Assembly (NCBI GenBank): GCA_964604615.1
Contig: CAZRZU010000002.1
Location: 2,992-50,332, forward strand
Source of the DNA: an uncultured Oscillospiraceae bacterium
Lineage (GTDB): Bacteria; Bacillota; Clostridia; UMGS1883
Direction: 5' to 3'
Length of the DNA: 47,341 nucleotides
Positions 43,608 through 47,341 of this stretch are shown here, piece by piece. The position numbers and the translations under genes were made by a program. The number at the start of each line of letters is the position of its first letter. The first letter of the stretch is position 1. A model generated the notes under the pieces. That model saw only the letters and a list, made by a program, of their open reading frames with translations, did not search any database and was not told where the DNA came from.

Positions 43608-45034
43608 CTCAATGCCTCCAATACACCGTCCGAAATAGCATTGGCTATTGCCTGTCTTCCCTTTTCGCTTTTAAGATACTTGCGGTCCTTTTCGTTTGTT
43701 ATAAATCCGCATTCTGTAAGAATTGCCGGCATCTTAGTATTCTTTACAACATAGAGGGAAGAACCGTCCTGCACACCTCTTGGGGTAAAATCGGTGTATT
43801 CTATCATATTATTATAAACCAGAGATGCAAACTTTTTGCCAAAAGATGAATTCCCGAAATAATAAACCTGTGCGCCGTCAATTTCGTCCTTGTTATCCAT
43901 TGCATTAATATGCACAGACACAAAAAGGTCTGCGTCAGAATTGTTTGCAATTTCAACACGTTCTTTGAGTGTGGGATAGGTATCACCCTCACGAGTCATG
44001 ATTACCCTTACACCTTCTGCCTCAAGATTTTCACGAACTTTCAGCGCAATGTCAAGTGTGAGATCTTTTTCCTTAACTTCCGGGTCTTTTGCGCCTGTGG
44101 GATACATTGCACCGGGGTCTGTACCGCCGTGTCCTGCATCAATTACAACCGTAAAAGAATTGTCATCAGGTTGTGTAGCTTCTTCGTCTGACGAATCCTC
44201 AGAGAAATCTTCGGAGGGTTCCTCGGAAGGTGTTTCGTCAAAGTCCCCTGTTTTAATAATAGAAATTTCAACTCCATTTTTCAGTTTGAAAACCTCATAA
44301 TCGGCATTTGCACTAAGGTCAGCAACAACTCTAAACCGGTCAGAATGCTGACTGTATCGAACCGTTGATACCGCTGCGCCGTCAGCCTTAATGCTTCCGT
44401 CCTTAAATGTGGCCTTTGTACCGTAAACATCGATAACAATTCTGCTCGGGTCCTGCATTTTGAATATGTTTGGATTAACAAATTCGTCCATCTGGATAAA
44501 AATAGTGTCAACATCATCTTCTGTTGAAAATGCAACCCTTGTTAATTCTACCTCTTCTGCATGAGGAGAAGTTATTTTCACGGTACGGGTTTCATTAACC
44601 CATTCCACATCAAACCCGAATTCTTCCGCAACAAAACGTACGGGAATCATGGTTTTATCGTTAATGATTTTGGGTGCCGGGTCCGACGGTGAAATTGTGG
44701 CTGAATTGGTACCAATATAAACAGTTCTTGAGTTTATGGTGAGGATAATCCTCTCGCCGCCGTATTCAATAATAACTCTTCGCGAGTTGTTATCCCAAGA
44801 AACTTCAGCTCCCAATTGTTCAAAAAATTCACGTGCCGGAACCATTGTTCTGCCATTTAAGATGATGGGTGGCATTTCCTCTGTTTTGACGGTATGCCCG
44901 TCTACAACCAACACAATGGGGTCCCAGGGATATTCCTCAACTTTTCCGTCATAATAGATAGTAAGAGCATTTGCCGGTATAACCATTAAAAGAAGCATTA
45001 CAGCAGTCATTATTAAGGCTGCTGCCTTTCGCAT
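43598..45034 (-). CDS. N-acetylmuramoyl-L-alanine amidase (Amidase_3) with copper-amine-oxidase-like and AMIN-like N-terminal domains
   Basis: Signal peptide, stalk domain (GRTMVPAREFFEQLGAEVSWD...KTMIPVRFVAEEFG), AMIN-like beta domain, acidic linker, then VVIDAGHGGTDPGA...FVSVHINA...LTECGFITN amidase core. Confidence 0.85.
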   Translation of the reverse strand: MRKAAALIMTAVMLLLMVIPANALTIYYDGKVEEYPWDPIVLVVDGHTVKTEEMPPIILNGRTMVPAREFFEQLGAEVSWDNNSRRVIIEYGGERIILTINSRTVYIGTNSATISPSDPAPKIINDKTMIPVRFVAEEFGFDVEWVNETRTVKITSPHAEEVELTRVAFSTEDDVDTIFIQMDEFVNPNIFKMQDPSRIVIDVYGTKATFKDGSIKADGAAVSTVRYSQHSDRFRVVADLSANADYEVFKLKNGVEISIIKTGDFDETPSEEPSEDFSEDSSDEEATQPDDNSFTVVIDAGHGGTDPGAMYPTGAKDPEVKEKDLTLDIALKVRENLEAEGVRVIMTREGDTYPTLKERVEIANNSDADLFVSVHINAMDNKDEIDGAQVYYFGNSSFGKKFASLVYNNMIEYTDFTPRGVQDGSSLYVVKNTKMPAILTECGFITNEKDRKYLKSEKGRQAIANAISDGVLEALSWL

Positions 45035-45107
45035 ACTATCACCTCCAAGTACTTTTTCGATATTTTATAACAATGTCCTTTGTAAAACAAGTAATTTTCA
45101 CAAAAAA

Positions 45108-46127
45108 TTAATAAAGTGAAGTTTGTGATTCGTTTGGTGTAATGTTATAGTGCTCATATGCGGCCCTTGTTGCAACTCTGCCTCGGGGTGTTCTGTTTAA
45201 AAAACCGAGCTGAAGAAGGAAGGGCTCATACATATCTTCTATTGTACGGCTGTCCTCGCCTATTGTGGCAGCCAAAGTGTCGAGACCAACAGGACCTCCG
45301 TTAAAGGAAATCATAATTGCTGTCATCATTTTTTTATCAACAGCATCAAGCCCAAGCTTGTCAACCTCCAACATATTGAGTGCTTCATCAGAGCTTTCTT
45401 TTGAAATTACCTTGTCGCCTTTGACTTGAGCATAATCACGTACACGTTTTAAAAGTCTGTTGGCTATTCTGGGTGTACCTCTTGAACGTGATGCGATTTC
45501 TGCTGCACCTTCATCTGAAATTTCAAACCCTAAAATACCGCTGTTCCTTTTAATTATACGGGACAAATCTTGGGTGGTGTATAATTCAAGACGTTCAATA
45601 ACACCGAAACGGTCTCGTAAAGGTGCCGACAAAAGCCCTGCTCGGGTTGTTGCACCTACAAGAGTAAACGGCTGAAGGCTTAATCTCACACTCTGAGCGC
45701 TGGGACCCTTACCTACAATAATGTCCAATGCATAGTCTTCCATGGCAGAATAAAGAATTTCCTCTACACTTCTGGAGAGGCGATGTATTTCGTCTATGAA
45801 CAATACATCCTGTGGACCTAAATTGGTAAGAATAGCAGCCATATCCATAGGTTTTTCAATAGCAGGACCGCTTGTAATTTTAATATTTACACCCATTTCG
45901 TTGGCAATAATTCCGGCAAGGGTTGTTTTTCCCAGACCGGGAGGTCCATACAAAAGAGTGTGGTCCAGAGCCTCGTGTCTTTCGCGTGCGGCCTGTATAT
46001 AAATTTCAAGATTTTTCTTAACCTTGTCCTGCCCTACGTATTCGTCCATTGTTTTGGGACGAATGCCTACCTCGGATTCGTCTCCCTGGAGCATATGGGG
46101 AGAAATCATTCTATCATCAAATTCCAT
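45108..46127 (-). CDS. ruvB: Holliday junction branch migration ATPase
   Basis: [40 protein letters not shown] and [10 protein letters not shown] are RuvB signatures. Confidence 0.95.
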   Translation of the reverse strand: MEFDDRMISPHMLQGDESEVGIRPKTMDEYVGQDKVKKNLEIYIQAARERHEALDHTLLYGPPGLGKTTLAGIIANEMGVNIKITSGPAIEKPMDMAAILTNLGPQDVLFIDEIHRLSRSVEEILYSAMEDYALDIIVGKGPSAQSVRLSLQPFTLVGATTRAGLLSAPLRDRFGVIERLELYTTQDLSRIIKRNSGILGFEISDEGAAEIASRSRGTPRIANRLLKRVRDYAQVKGDKVISKESSDEALNMLEVDKLGLDAVDKKMMTAIMISFNGGPVGLDTLAATIGEDSRTIEDMYEPFLLQLGFLNRTPRGRVATRAAYEHYNITPNESQTSLY

Positions 46128-46719
46128 TTGACAACCTCCTTAATGCTTCTTTTATTATTTCTTCGGTTGTAAACTGCCCTTCTTTAGAAATCTGCATTAC
46201 GGTTTTCTGGGCTTCGCTTGGAGACGATCCCAATGCAATAAGCGCATTAACTGCACTTGCGTCAGCTGTGGGAGTAAAGGAGACAGTTCGAGTTTCACCT
46301 GTTCCAATGGCATCCTCTGTTTCAATCTTGCCTTTTAATTCAAGCACGATGCGCTGCGCCATTTTAGGTCCTATCCCCTTTGCCTTTCCGATTGTTTTTG
46401 CATCAGAGGATATTATTGCAATCGCCAAATCTCCCGGGGTGAGAGCCGACAGAAGCGCGATTGCTGCCTTGGGACCTACACCTGAAACTCCAATAAGCTT
46501 TTTGAAGTATTTAATGGAATCTTTATTCGAAAAACCGAATAAATCCATAACATCTTCACGTACATACAAGTATGTATAAACCATTGTATCACATCCCACT
46601 TCGGGAAGCTTATTTATATCAATAGAAGGCATAATAACATTGAAGCCTACACCGTTAACATCTATTACAGCGCCTGTTTCGTCAACCGACGAAACCTTTC
46701 CTTTCAGAAAAGATATCAT
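46117..46719 (-). CDS. ruvA: Holliday junction DNA-binding protein
   Basis: MISFLKGKV......[10 protein letters not shown]...........V.....Y....VRED...LFGF...........[12 protein letters not shown] is RuvA. Confidence 0.95.
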   Translation of the reverse strand: MISFLKGKVSSVDETGAVIDVNGVGFNVIMPSIDINKLPEVGCDTMVYTYLYVREDVMDLFGFSNKDSIKYFKKLIGVSGVGPKAAIALLSALTPGDLAIAIISSDAKTIGKAKGIGPKMAQRIVLELKGKIETEDAIGTGETRTVSFTPTADASAVNALIALGSSPSEAQKTVMQISKEGQFTTEEIIKEALRRLSNGI

Positions 46720-47225
46720 ATTTTCTTTCCTCCAATTAAATTCTCAATATTGTTGAATCGCACACTGTTACCGTGGCAAATGGCAATTGCCAGAGCATCA
46801 GCTGTATCATCGGGTTTGGGAACCTCGCTGAGTCCCAAAAAAGATTTTACCATTTGCTGCATTTGTTTTTTATCAGCTCTGCCGTAACCTGTTAAAGCCT
46901 GCTTAACCTGAAGCGGAGTATACTCATAAAAAGGCACATCAAACTGTTTTGCCGCTAACAGTATAACCCCTCTTGCCTGTCCCACTGCAAAGGCTGTCTT
47001 GGCATTATTGTTAAAAAACAACTCCTCTACGGCTATTGCATTAGGCTGATAGGTCTGTATAATTTCAACGGTTTTATTGTACACCTTTTCAATCCTGTCT
47101 TCAAGAGGTATGTGTGCTTGTGTAATTATAGAATCATAATATACAGGAACGTATTTGTTGCCTATTTTATCCACCACTCCGGTACCCACTATGGCTATAC
47201 CGGGGTCTATTCCTAAAATCCTCAT
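46716..47225 (-). CDS. ruvC: crossover junction endodeoxyribonuclease
   Basis: MRILGIDPG...G.GV............................AVEE.FF..N..TA...GQARGV....................P..VK....G.G.A.K.Q...MV......P.P.D.ADALA.A.CH. ATG 47225 preferred over the listed 47246. Confidence 0.9.
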   Translation of the reverse strand: MRILGIDPGIAIVGTGVVDKIGNKYVPVYYDSIITQAHIPLEDRIEKVYNKTVEIIQTYQPNAIAVEELFFNNNAKTAFAVGQARGVILLAAKQFDVPFYEYTPLQVKQALTGYGRADKKQMQQMVKSFLGLSEVPKPDDTADALAIAICHGNSVRFNNIENLIGGKKI

Positions 47226-47341
47226 AAAAATACTCCGTTTTTTCAAAAAAAGTGTTGATTAATTATGCAAAGTGATTTATAATATACAAATGAAATGTAT
47301 AAATAAAAGACATATACATTTATTTTATCACATTTAGGAGG

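Noticed and set aside
46049-46579. 176-aa + strand ORF over the ruvB/ruvA junction
   Set aside because: It is antisense to two unmistakable Ruv genes and has no start context, so it is a shadow ORF.
47293-47321. 9-bp stem AAATGTATA-11 nt-TATACATTT in the divergent region upstream of ruvC, with an AGGAGG at the very end of the window
   Set aside because: It is short and AT-rich. The neighbouring + strand gene lies outside the window, so no function can be assigned.
1-47341. Scan for CRISPR arrays, tRNA/rRNA genes, IS elements, toxin-antitoxin pairs and known defence modules
   Set aside because: No regularly spaced direct repeats, no cloverleaf-capable or rRNA-like segments, and no transposase, reverse transcriptase or nuclease/ATPase defence-type ORFs were recognised. 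Intergenic gaps are short apart from those described.

Overview
This window looks like a core chromosomal segment of a low-GC, spore-forming Firmicute (Clostridia-like). All product calls come from reading the supplied translations by eye; no searches were run.

Gene content in order:
- 1-22109, mostly + strand: murC (5' part, minus strand), then the conserved spoVG-glmU-prs-pth-mfd block, a PrsA-like foldase lipoprotein, lysA, an M50 metalloprotease, scpA-scpB, DUF2953 plus gerW/ytfJ, a D-Ala-D-Ala carboxypeptidase and rluB. These are followed by a five-gene biotin-dependent decarboxylase/transcarboxylase cluster, an aluminium-resistance-family PLP enzyme and a XerC/D-type tyrosine recombinase.
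- 22119-38912, minus strand: a cobalamin-riboswitch-controlled DUF4430 lipoprotein plus dedicated ECF transporter, a YihY-family membrane protein, a large SLH-domain wall protein, an orphan araA, a gerA-family germinant receptor operon, and a lipoprotein / response regulator / histidine kinase / LRR-protein operon.
- 39060-43146, + strand: a ClC channel with trkA-trkH.
- 43161-47225, minus strand: yaiI, a multidomain cell-wall amidase and ruvCAB.

I saw no tRNA, rRNA, CRISPR array, IS or transposon, phage module or recognisable defence system.

Items most worth a second look:
1. The Na+-pump beta subunit gene of the decarboxylase cluster is split between two reading frames at a T4 run.
2. That cluster carries two different carboxyltransferases around one biotin carrier.
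3. A 233-bp non-coding, repeat-structured gap sits inside the gerA-type operon.
4. An unlisted 49-codon membrane ORF is translationally coupled to the end of that operon.
5. A perfect 30-bp palindrome lies between a consensus promoter and the recombinase gene.

None of these is demonstrably a new system, and I did not find one.
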